Below, one piece after another: positions 16,477 through 25,284 of a DNA stretch of 53,707 nt (within the stretch, counting starts at the first letter, position 1; the number at the start of each line of letters is the position of its first letter). The DNA is taken from positions 1 to 53,707 of the IMG/VR virus record IMGVR_UViG_3300031999_007842, one strand, 5' to 3'. The notes beneath the pieces are model-generated. The model was not told where the DNA came from. It saw only the letters and a program-made list of their open reading frames with translations, and did no database searches. The DNA is from a virus (lineage: Duplodnaviria > Heunggongvirae > Uroviricota > Caudoviricetes). The position numbers and the translations under genes were made by a program.

Positions 16477-19389
16477 TTAATCTTCCTCCCCTTTTATTGT
16501 TAAATCGTCCTCATCTGTTACCGAGTCTACTTCGAAGGTCTTGTATCCGTAATAATATTTTTTCACAAAGCGACACTTGTAATGGTTAGCAAACTTGCAG
16601 AGTATTGGGAACTTGAGATGTTCTACTTGCACTTTGGATAGTTCATCTCTTGGCTCCCGGAATCTTTCCTTAAGTGGACAGACTTTTTCATCTGCCCAGA
16701 AGGGACATTGTGATAAGTTGAATACCATCTTACCCAGACTTAGCTTTGTGGGACCAGTACTTGCAGCTACTAATTTCTTCACTACATCAAGACCATCTGG
16801 TTCTGTCTTTGAAGCATGCTTCCCACTATAGTATGGGAACATCCATGTATAATAGATCTTTCCTTTATTGTCTTCGTACTCCCCTATTCTGATAGGCCTA
16901 ACTACTATTATGGTTCCCGAACTCACCTTCTCACCTGTAGCATATGAACGTCCTATGAAAAGATAGCATTTCCCACCTTGCCTCACCACATCTTTCTCAC
17001 GATACTTCTCTATTCCAGCACAGGGTACTGAGAAGACACATTCATACAGATATTGGTCCAAAGCTTTTCCTTCTTTAGTCTTTTTCTGTATTACCTTGTC
17101 AACCATCACATCTATCTCTTTGAGGTTTTTGAGTTTAGCCCATTCCTCACTACGTGCTTCTCCAGAGAATTTAATCTTATAAGTAGAATCTGCAGCTTTA
17201 CAGACAACTCCTTCAGAACCTTTCATTGATCTATACTTCTTGACAAGTTTGAAGAATTCCCTCATGTCTTCAGCTTTCTCGCCAGGAACCTTCTTCCAGT
17301 GAGCAAGTCCTGAGAAGATCTTATCTATTGCAGCCCACCGTTCTTCATAGCCTTTTCCATTAATAACTTCTCCATTCAAGAATACACAATCATGGACATG
17401 GAACATTATGAACTCATCATCTAGTTTACTTTCACCTGCAGCTATCCACTTGATCATGCCTTCTCTTGGAAGAGGTTCACAGACTTCCTCGAAGTTCTTG
17501 GTTTCGATCTTGCCACAACCATACTCTACCATTTCAGCATCAATAATGAATGAGTTTGCTTTCTTCTTCTGGAGTATTTCCTCCACTGATTTCTTGAAGA
17601 CATTGGCTCTATCTCGTTGCCTATCTTCTGTGAATATCTTAATCTCTTTTCCTTTACAGTGTATCTGGAATCTCATGCCATCATATTTCTTCTGAACTAC
17701 AATTCCTCTATCTATAAACTTCTTGGCCCACTTGTCCCATAGTTCTTGTGGATCCCAGAATTCATACTTCTCAAATCCAGACCTTGGTTTGATTCCAATA
17801 TGAGGCTTGAATAATTGAGGTTGAGCTCCAGCTAGAAATTCAAACGGGGAACTTCTTTTCATTTCTTCTGCACCAACTCTAAGGAATGCTAACCTATAAA
17901 GGGGAACTGTGAATCCAATTTGAGGCCCTTCGACATCCCAGACAAAATGGAATTTCTTAGCTACCTCAGGATTATTACTTGCTACTTGCTCCAAGAAAGC
18001 TTTCATCGTTGGTTCATGAAGCCAGCCTTGCTTGAAGAGCAGATCTAAATCATGAGAGAGGGGAATAGTTTTCTCATTCACAACTCTTCCACATAGATAG
18101 ACATGGATTGGCTCTCCAACAGTGATAGTATCTGGGAATGCCGCTAGAACTTCCTCTAACTTAATCAGTTTCGCCATTTCCTCGTTAGATATCTGTTGAG
18201 GTAATCCTTCTTCCGGCATAGGATATTCTTCAACTTCAAGTGAAGATTTCCTTGTTAGTTCATCATCTATAGTGTGCTTTATGTTACGATGTCTCATCTC
18301 TGACCAAACGAAGATGTGAGCGTTCTCGAGAGGTTCTGTTACTTTCCCTATCTCTTTGAATATCTCATGTAGACGGCTGTCGAGTGCTACTAATTGATCA
18401 TCTGTGAGAGGCTTAATATACACAGGATCTATTTTCTCCAAGTCTTCCCTCTTGATCTCTGAGGGTACTAGTTTAGCCTTCTCTTCCTTTTCTTTGCCTT
18501 TGAAGGGAACATTCTTCTCTCCCACTTGAGAGATTATCCACTCATAAAGTTCTCTGGCATTCTTCTTGTAAGTCTCTGGCTTGTTGAAGGTGAATCCACG
18601 TTTAATCATTTCCTTGAAGATCTTGAGGCCTAGTTCCTTACAGTCTTCGAGAGTGATCTCCTTCTTCTCTTCACCCACCCGTTTGAAGAGTTTCTTTCCT
18701 TTCTTGATGGAAGAATACCAACCTAAGATAATTCTATAATCATCACCCAGTTGCTTATCGTTTGGCTTGTTAATATCATAATCAGAAATCCAGCCTCTTA
18801 TCAGTTCAAAGACTTGGCTCTTGAAGAAGTTTCTGTTGAACAATTCTTCCACTATCTCAGCATAGAGATCTTCTGATAAGATGTCAGCATAATCAAATAG
18901 ATCTAAGACTGTCAGAGTCTTCAAGTCAAGGAACTTGATATTCTTAGCGAATACAAAGACTTGTATTCCTTGAGGAATCTTGACTGGTTTAGGAGGATCA
19001 TATTTTTCTTGAACAGTGAACTCATAAGCATACAGAGGACCTTCCTTCTTCCAGCCCCAGTGTTCAAATGCATCCTCATCAGATATTTGATGTCTTTCCC
19101 GTGACTCTTCAAATTGTTTTGGAGTAATTTCAGTGGGTGCTTGGAGAACAATAATTCCATAGCATAGTTTACCCTCTAGTAAATAGAGTGGCTCATTGAT
19201 ATGAGAAGTGAATTTCTTTGACTTGACTATTAGAGTCTTCTCTCCAGAAACGATCATTTCCGCATGAGGCTTAACAAGATATAGACCTACTTTAGGTTCT
19301 ATGTCAACTATCCTCTTTGGAACCATAGGCTCTATCCCCTCTGTGGTAGTATTATCCAAGTCAAATCTTTCCTTTTTCACCCTATTCAT
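16477..19389 (-). CDS. lig: Multidomain ATP-dependent DNA ligase (ASCH-like, helical modules, Pol-beta-like NTase, ligase, OB, Cys-rich tail)
   Basis: Ligase motifs KKYDG (I), IDAEM (III), FHVHD (IIIa), EGVVCK (IV), WAKLK (V); YLCGRVV..HDLDLL NTase-like motif; N-terminal LYLVKPHAEMIVSGEKTLIVK ASCH-like motif. Confidence 0.85.
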   Translation of the reverse strand: MNRVKKERFDLDNTTTEGIEPMVPKRIVDIEPKVGLYLVKPHAEMIVSGEKTLIVKSKKFTSHINEPLYLLEGKLCYGIIVLQAPTEITPKQFEESRERHQISDEDAFEHWGWKKEGPLYAYEFTVQEKYDPPKPVKIPQGIQVFVFAKNIKFLDLKTLTVLDLFDYADILSEDLYAEIVEELFNRNFFKSQVFELIRGWISDYDINKPNDKQLGDDYRIILGWYSSIKKGKKLFKRVGEEKKEITLEDCKELGLKIFKEMIKRGFTFNKPETYKKNARELYEWIISQVGEKNVPFKGKEKEEKAKLVPSEIKREDLEKIDPVYIKPLTDDQLVALDSRLHEIFKEIGKVTEPLENAHIFVWSEMRHRNIKHTIDDELTRKSSLEVEEYPMPEEGLPQQISNEEMAKLIKLEEVLAAFPDTITVGEPIHVYLCGRVVNEKTIPLSHDLDLLFKQGWLHEPTMKAFLEQVASNNPEVAKKFHFVWDVEGPQIGFTVPLYRLAFLRVGAEEMKRSSPFEFLAGAQPQLFKPHIGIKPRSGFEKYEFWDPQELWDKWAKKFIDRGIVVQKKYDGMRFQIHCKGKEIKIFTEDRQRDRANVFKKSVEEILQKKKANSFIIDAEMVEYGCGKIETKNFEEVCEPLPREGMIKWIAAGESKLDDEFIMFHVHDCVFLNGEVINGKGYEERWAAIDKIFSGLAHWKKVPGEKAEDMREFFKLVKKYRSMKGSEGVVCKAADSTYKIKFSGEARSEEWAKLKNLKEIDVMVDKVIQKKTKEGKALDQYLYECVFSVPCAGIEKYREKDVVRQGGKCYLFIGRSYATGEKVSSGTIIVVRPIRIGEYEDNKGKIYYTWMFPYYSGKHASKTEPDGLDVVKKLVAASTGPTKLSLGKMVFNLSQCPFWADEKVCPLKERFREPRDELSKVQVEHLKFPILCKFANHYKCRFVKKYYYGYKTFEVDSVTDEDDLTIKGEED

Positions 19390-19760
19390 GTCACGTAAAC
19401 TGCCTTGATTTTAGCTTCTGTTTGTGCTTTCTCCTTTAGAACTTCAATCTTCTTAGCCTTTGCCTCAGCTCGTTGTTTCTTTATTATTGCTGTATATTTG
19501 AGATCTAGGTTAAGGAACTCGATAGCAAGTCTTTCGAATGTAGTAGAAAGATCTCTAAGTTCTTCCTCAGTTAACTTCTCCATAATCAATGGATTCATAA
19601 GCCAAGCATTCCAACCAGTCACAGATGCAGCTAAAGTCCCATTCATGAAAGATAGTTTTGAGACTAAAGAGAGACGATCAGTTAACTTCCAGTTCTTGAT
19701 CTTTTCTTTCTCTTCTTCTACTTCTGCAATCCAATCTCTTTCTTGGTCATTCATTTCCAT
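19386..19760 (-). CDS. Hypothetical helical protein
   Basis: 124 aa, coupled to the ligase start (4-nt overlap). Confidence 0.5.
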   Translation of the reverse strand: MEMNDQERDWIAEVEEEKEKIKNWKLTDRLSLVSKLSFMNGTLAASVTGWNAWLMNPLIMEKLTEEELRDLSTTFERLAIEFLNLDLKYTAIIKKQRAEAKAKKIEVLKEKAQTEAKIKAVYVT

Positions 19761-19765
19761 TCCAC

Positions 19766-20089
19766 CTATGCTATATCAGCTATGACCTTTATTGATATAT
19801 TGGGGGCAGTAATTATTTTCCCTGATTGAAAAGTAATTTCAATCTCAGCCTTGAATTCTCCTATAATACTCTTGAACGTTTCACCCACATTAAACTGAGC
19901 TTCTCCATCAGTGCCAGGAAGATTCACAATGGTACCACTAATAGATGTTACTGTTCCATCCTCATAGCTCTTAAACTTCAGAGTGATAGTGCTTGCTCCC
20001 GTCAGATCTACTATCTCATTATCTGCATCATAGATAGTGAAGTCGAGAATGAAGTTTACATCTCCCCGGACTATAGTTATTTCAGACAT
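19766..20089 (-). CDS. BppU N-terminal-like baseplate/fibre adaptor domain
   Basis: RGD..LDFTIYD..VDLTGA..G.F.AEIEIT..GKIIT pattern; own promoter at 20119-20127. Confidence 0.55.
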   Translation of the reverse strand: MSEITIVRGDVNFILDFTIYDADNEIVDLTGASTITLKFKSYEDGTVTSISGTIVNLPGTDGEAQFNVGETFKSIIGEFKAEIEITFQSGKIITAPNISIKVIADIA

Positions 20090-20122
20090 CTTCCATCACC
20101 TTGTATTGAGTTAAGTTTATAT

Positions 20123-22543
20123 TTAAGAATTCTCCTGCCTCTGTCCTCTCCTCTTGATTTTGGCTCCTAGCCTTTGAATAAGTGTATAAGCCTTCTTCCT
20201 ACCCAAGAGAATTCTTGCAAATGTGTGGATTGTAGGTATGAAGAAGTGAAAAATAATTTCAGACAAAATTAACTGATCAAAGATGTGTTTGAAGAAACTA
20301 TTGTAGGCTAACCCTGTAAGCACTAGTAGATCTTCTAAATACTTGCCAGCAATTTTAGAAAGTGCATCATGAAGAAGAAGAATCTCTTCAGAGAACTTCA
20401 TTACTTTGAGAGGTATAATTCCAAAGAGTGAGATTGACTGGTGCAAGGTTCTACTTACAGTCTTTAGAGGTTCTCCCAATAGTGTGAGAATATCAGATAA
20501 GAACTTGTTGCTTTCAAAAGTGATATTTCCTCTTGGCTTGATTACCTTGAAAAGCGCCCAAACTTGTAACTTTCCTCTCGAGACAAGCAACTCAGATATC
20601 TCTTTCCAATGCTCGAAGGTCATAGTAAATGTAGAACCACTGAGTATTATTGTTCTAACTGGATTCGTTGAACTATCTTCCCATTCCTTGAAACGCCATT
20701 GCCATGACCTGATTGGTTTAAGATACAGAAACTTGATCAGATGCCCACCACCAGAATTATTGATAGAGTATGCTAGACTAATTCTTTCATCTCTAACTAA
20801 CCTGTCAGCATTTATAAGTCCACCCCAGTCTGTAGAGTTTGTTCTAGTGGAGAGGCCAGTAGCACTCTCATTAACTAGGTCAATCATAGAGAACCATGCA
20901 TTCTGGGATCCACAATACTTGATTAAGCCAATGTGGTTATCAGAAGGAGCATGAGCTATGAATATGTATAGATCACCGGTACTTTCGTCCAGAACTATTC
21001 TAGTATCGTGGTCTAATCTAGAACCAGAGAAAAGAATCCTCTCTGCACTCCAAGATCCTGAAGGATCTCTTTTTAGATATCTAACTTGGTAACTGTTATT
21101 CAAGTAGACCAGATGAACATTTCCAGTTGTGTCTACAACCGCACTGTAAGCCCAGTTCTCTCCACCATCAGGATATTGATTGACTGTTCCTGTTCCTGTT
21201 ACTGTGGACTGTGAACCCCAAGAACCTGACCAGAGATAGCTTTTTATTGTTTCAGTTGTCTTCACTGCCAAAACTAAGAATTTGCTTTCAGGCAAAGCTA
21301 GTATGAGATTCCCTCGAAAATCATATGCAGCAATCGTTGAAGGAACACAAGCTCCTGCACTCCAGAGTCCATCTGAAGTTACATCATGGGGATCGTTTCT
21401 ATACCTCATCTGTATGCCAGAAATAGAACCAGTCTTGGAATAGTGCCAAACATTAAAAGCTCCTCCATCTGGTGAGAATTCATAAGAATGATCAGTCAGG
21501 GGTGAAGGTCCAGGTTGTCCTGAGCAGTATGCCTCGTGCATTAACTGCCAGGAGGGGCTAATCATTGTCAAACTTCCATTCGATTCTGGTCTAAAGATCC
21601 CAAGTTCCAGATGTAAACTCACCTTGACATGAATATGGAAGTAAGTTCCATCATATATAACTCCAGCAGTTTCTCCATATTTGTAATTTACTCCTCTCAC
21701 GGTAGTCTTGGTTCCCCAATTAATTCCATCTGGGCTGTTCTTATAGTACATGATAGAATCAGTATCTGTCCAGAATACCCAATGATATCCATTTGCATAG
21801 AATACTTTGTCTAGCCACCTAATAGCATAACTATGACTTGCAACAGCAACTGAATTAGGCCCTATCTCTTCAAAAAGATCATGAACATCTGAAACTGCAG
21901 GTCCAGTAAGAGTCAAAGTAGAGCCAGTTGGAAAGCTTGAAGAATAGGAAGTAGTCTTAGGATTAAGTATACCATAAAGAGAATTTCCTGTGATATCAAA
22001 AGCTACTTGCCCTGGTTGAGCTTGGACTGTCAAACCTGTTTCTGAGACAGTTTCATATGTAAGACACCAATAGGCTGGCTGAGATCCTGAGCTTTCAAAA
22101 CTTCCAATTGGAGAAGGAGGAATACTGCAATTAGAGGCTTTGTAACTTAAATTAAAACTGGTGCCTCCAGAAGCATTATTAATTGTCATCCCTCCCACAG
22201 AATAGTAGCTACAAATAAGAAGAACAAAATGGTAAGTCCCAGGAGACAATAAGATATTAAGAGGACAAGGCATTTCAAAAGCCCCGGCACCACTTCCCGA
22301 GTTGCTCTGCTCTGAAGATAGATAAATTAGAGTTTCTTTTGTTGAGTCAGACTCATAGAAATAAACTGCTATGCGCCAACTAACATTCCAAGAACCTGGA
22401 GCAAGAGCTGCTCTCCAGGAAAAGTTAGTTGCTAAAACCCAATTAGACAATGTAAAGTTTAATCCACCATGGAAAAGGCGAGAGTTCGCGAGCGCATTCC
22501 AACCTCCACCAGTAGGTACTCCACAATTACCCATAGTTGCCAT
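20123..22543 (-). CDS. Putative fibre/receptor-binding protein with beta-propeller and shaft repeats
   Basis: Asp-box-like YYKNSPDGINWG and YLKRDPSGSWS; C-terminal ~19-aa K-x-L-x-E-x-L-x-L-x-D repeats. Confidence 0.5.
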   Translation of the reverse strand: MATMGNCGVPTGGGWNALANSRLFHGGLNFTLSNWVLATNFSWRAALAPGSWNVSWRIAVYFYESDSTKETLIYLSSEQSNSGSGAGAFEMPCPLNILLSPGTYHFVLLICSYYSVGGMTINNASGGTSFNLSYKASNCSIPPSPIGSFESSGSQPAYWCLTYETVSETGLTVQAQPGQVAFDITGNSLYGILNPKTTSYSSSFPTGSTLTLTGPAVSDVHDLFEEIGPNSVAVASHSYAIRWLDKVFYANGYHWVFWTDTDSIMYYKNSPDGINWGTKTTVRGVNYKYGETAGVIYDGTYFHIHVKVSLHLELGIFRPESNGSLTMISPSWQLMHEAYCSGQPGPSPLTDHSYEFSPDGGAFNVWHYSKTGSISGIQMRYRNDPHDVTSDGLWSAGACVPSTIAAYDFRGNLILALPESKFLVLAVKTTETIKSYLWSGSWGSQSTVTGTGTVNQYPDGGENWAYSAVVDTTGNVHLVYLNNSYQVRYLKRDPSGSWSAERILFSGSRLDHDTRIVLDESTGDLYIFIAHAPSDNHIGLIKYCGSQNAWFSMIDLVNESATGLSTRTNSTDWGGLINADRLVRDERISLAYSINNSGGGHLIKFLYLKPIRSWQWRFKEWEDSSTNPVRTIILSGSTFTMTFEHWKEISELLVSRGKLQVWALFKVIKPRGNITFESNKFLSDILTLLGEPLKTVSRTLHQSISLFGIIPLKVMKFSEEILLLHDALSKIAGKYLEDLLVLTGLAYNSFFKHIFDQLILSEIIFHFFIPTIHTFARILLGRKKAYTLIQRLGAKIKRRGQRQENS

Positions 22544-25284
22544 TAGTCTTCAACCTCTCTAAGGAGAACCCATTCTTGCTCTTTAAGTACTTTCTTGGTT
22601 GAGAAAGATATTATGACATCGGAGAAATTAGAACTTGGGAATAGCCATTTAGTAAATCTATTGAGGCAGATCCCTGGGAGAGACAGAATCTGTGTGTAGA
22701 ACTTTTCTTGAGGAGCTGGTTCACCAGCCATGCCAATGTATTCATTGCTAGCAACTACACAGTCAAAGTAAAGATCTGGGCCATAGCCAGAAGAATGTCC
22801 TCTGGTCCCAAGTTCCATGTACTTTGGTTCTCCCTTGTCTGCGTTGTTGAGGCCAGTTAGATTGATCTTTAAAGTTCTATTTACCCATAACTTTACTTCT
22901 CCAGTCCCTGCTCCAGTAAGTACTCTTAACTCATATTGCCACCATTGCTCAATTGGCCAATCTAGATCTGTATCTAATGTAACATAGGAAGAATTATTTC
23001 TGTAATATACTCCCATTTTGCTAACAGTGGCAGCCTCCATACAAAATGAAGCAATTAGGGTTCCATCTTGGGAGCGAACTGTAATTGTGTAGGCCGGTTT
23101 ATAGAAGGACCACGAGTTGGCTTTGTAGATCCAAGCACTGACATGGACAGGATTGCTTGCGATCGCTTTCTGTGCCCAAGTATAAGTCCAATTTCCATAG
23201 ATATAGAGAGAGTAGGAACCATGATGATGCTGAGATGTGACAATAGAAGGAAGAGGATTTCCTCCAAATGTGTCAAGGCGTATTAAGTTTCCTGTTTCAA
23301 AACTTGTTGAGAAGAGAATAGGCACAATTCTGACATTTGGAGCAACAGGTCTTCCATAGACTTTAAAGGAAGTATCTCTGGAAGACCAGACTTGCCATAG
23401 ACTAGACAAATAGTAACATAGGTTACCAGAATGGACATCAGTACCAGAAATAGACACCCGCAAGAAATTAGTACTATCAAATGTTCCAGACTTTACTACT
23501 AAGACTATACAATAATGTTGATCCTGCAGAAGTATTTGGCTATCACCTGAAAAGATAAAATCTTTCCACGTAAAAGAGTTAGATACTTGAGAGACATCAA
23601 AAGGATCACTCTCTGCAAGAATTTGTGAATCAACTGGAACATCTTCTGGTATACCAGTCGAGCCATAAGTTCCTGTCATGGAATAAACTCTAGCAACTAT
23701 AGTTCCTGTAGGAGTACCAGTCTTTAGCAGTCTGAAAGTAGCTTTAGTAATAACTCTATAGCCTGGGTCTGGAACTGTGAAACATTGACCAATAGCTGAA
23801 AGCTTTGCTTCAGAAGTTGGATGTACTCTCTCAAGACGTTGCTCTGTCACAGCACCTGGATATTCATCTAGAAGTTCTTCTGGATCTTGTAAAGAAGAAG
23901 AACTTAGTCGTACTTTAAGAATGTCAAGTAACAAAGCTAATTTAGCAATGAAGAAAGACTCTACTAGCTGGATTGTCTGCCCTAGGGGTTTGTAAACTAT
24001 AGAAGTTGAATAATTATTGATATCAAGAGTTTGAGTGAGGGACTTATAGGCATTGTTCAGTAGATTTTTGGCAAGACTCAATCCTTCGATTAAAGGCTGA
24101 CACCAAGCTGGTGTGGAAAGATCTGATAGTTGAATCGTCTCTTCTTTTGAGGCAAGTTCTGCCCTTTTCTGTGAAGTAGGAATTAAATGAAGTAATTCCC
24201 AAATATTCTTTGGATACCATGGAAAGAAAAGTACTTCAAGAGTTAATAAGGCCTCAAATAGAAAAGTTTTCCTAAAACTAATTACTAATTCTAGAAAGGA
24301 AAGAGTCTCACTAGCAGAGAGAGTAAGAATTGGAGTTTCTTCTGATCCCCAAGTGCTGTGTTCTGGTTCGGGATTAACATACTTAGAAATAAATAGCCAA
24401 TCCAATACTGCTGAACCACTTGATATTGTAACGGTCACACCGTAAACAATATATGCTCCTGTTTCTGGTGTTGCATCAGTGCAAGTTTTTGTTGGAGAGT
24501 CATTTCTTGTTACAGAATAAAGTGAACCTACTTTTGTCAAGGTTACAAATTGTGGAGTGCTACTTTTAGCTATTGTAGTTGTTCCCGTGGAAATATTACT
24601 TACACTATAAAATCTGAAATTAAAGCTGGAATAATAATGGTCATATTCATGTACACATGGACTACCCAGGCCTATACAAGAAACATTTTCAACAGGCTGA
24701 ACTGAACCTCTAACTGCTAAGATTACCGCTGCATTATTAGTATCTGCATAATATGAATATCGTACTCTATAATCTGTTATTGGAGTCCATGTTCTATATC
24801 CGAATTGTCCCTTAGCTAGACCTGCTGGAGTAATTGTCAGTTTACTATTTGCTATGGTTGCTCTAGAAGAGAGAGTCCATCCAGAACTGCTATCTAGATG
24901 ATCAAACAATATGAAAGTATTGACCCCATTGCTCGTAGTAACGGCATCATCTTTTTTATAATAAACATAAATCGTTTGAGCCACAGATTCTAAACTGTCA
25001 GTCACTTCGACCCAAAATATTGCAGAAGTACCGGAAGTAAAAGTTTGCATCCAGCAATCAAGGACGGTAGTTCCATTGCTGCCAGTAAAACATATGTCTC
25101 CAAAGTCGTCCCTACAATTAGAGCCTACATAGACTTTCCCAGCAGTTACTCCGTTAATAGTTTCTGTTCCATTTTCTCCAGTAGTCTTGTAAACTTTAAT
25201 GCAGACTTGATAGTGATCTCCTGCACCAGCTGCCGCATTTATGACATGACTTCTACGTAAGTTCCAGCCAGTTAGCCAACCCAT
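22543..25284 (-). CDS. DUF2341-domain fibre/receptor-binding protein
   Basis: W..RRSHVI..DFGDICFT..LDCW..AIFWVEV..IYVYY DUF2341 motif; shaft repeats; lectin-like C-terminal domains. Confidence 0.6.
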   Translation of the reverse strand: MGWLTGWNLRRSHVINAAAGAGDHYQVCIKVYKTTGENGTETINGVTAGKVYVGSNCRDDFGDICFTGSNGTTVLDCWMQTFTSGTSAIFWVEVTDSLESVAQTIYVYYKKDDAVTTSNGVNTFILFDHLDSSSGWTLSSRATIANSKLTITPAGLAKGQFGYRTWTPITDYRVRYSYYADTNNAAVILAVRGSVQPVENVSCIGLGSPCVHEYDHYYSSFNFRFYSVSNISTGTTTIAKSSTPQFVTLTKVGSLYSVTRNDSPTKTCTDATPETGAYIVYGVTVTISSGSAVLDWLFISKYVNPEPEHSTWGSEETPILTLSASETLSFLELVISFRKTFLFEALLTLEVLFFPWYPKNIWELLHLIPTSQKRAELASKEETIQLSDLSTPAWCQPLIEGLSLAKNLLNNAYKSLTQTLDINNYSTSIVYKPLGQTIQLVESFFIAKLALLLDILKVRLSSSSLQDPEELLDEYPGAVTEQRLERVHPTSEAKLSAIGQCFTVPDPGYRVITKATFRLLKTGTPTGTIVARVYSMTGTYGSTGIPEDVPVDSQILAESDPFDVSQVSNSFTWKDFIFSGDSQILLQDQHYCIVLVVKSGTFDSTNFLRVSISGTDVHSGNLCYYLSSLWQVWSSRDTSFKVYGRPVAPNVRIVPILFSTSFETGNLIRLDTFGGNPLPSIVTSQHHHGSYSLYIYGNWTYTWAQKAIASNPVHVSAWIYKANSWSFYKPAYTITVRSQDGTLIASFCMEAATVSKMGVYYRNNSSYVTLDTDLDWPIEQWWQYELRVLTGAGTGEVKLWVNRTLKINLTGLNNADKGEPKYMELGTRGHSSGYGPDLYFDCVVASNEYIGMAGEPAPQEKFYTQILSLPGICLNRFTKWLFPSSNFSDVIISFSTKKVLKEQEWVLLREVED

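Noticed and set aside
14159-19389. Complete canonical NHEJ system
   Set aside because: No Ku homologue or LigD primase-polymerase domain is seen in the window, so only 'NHEJ-like' activities are claimed.
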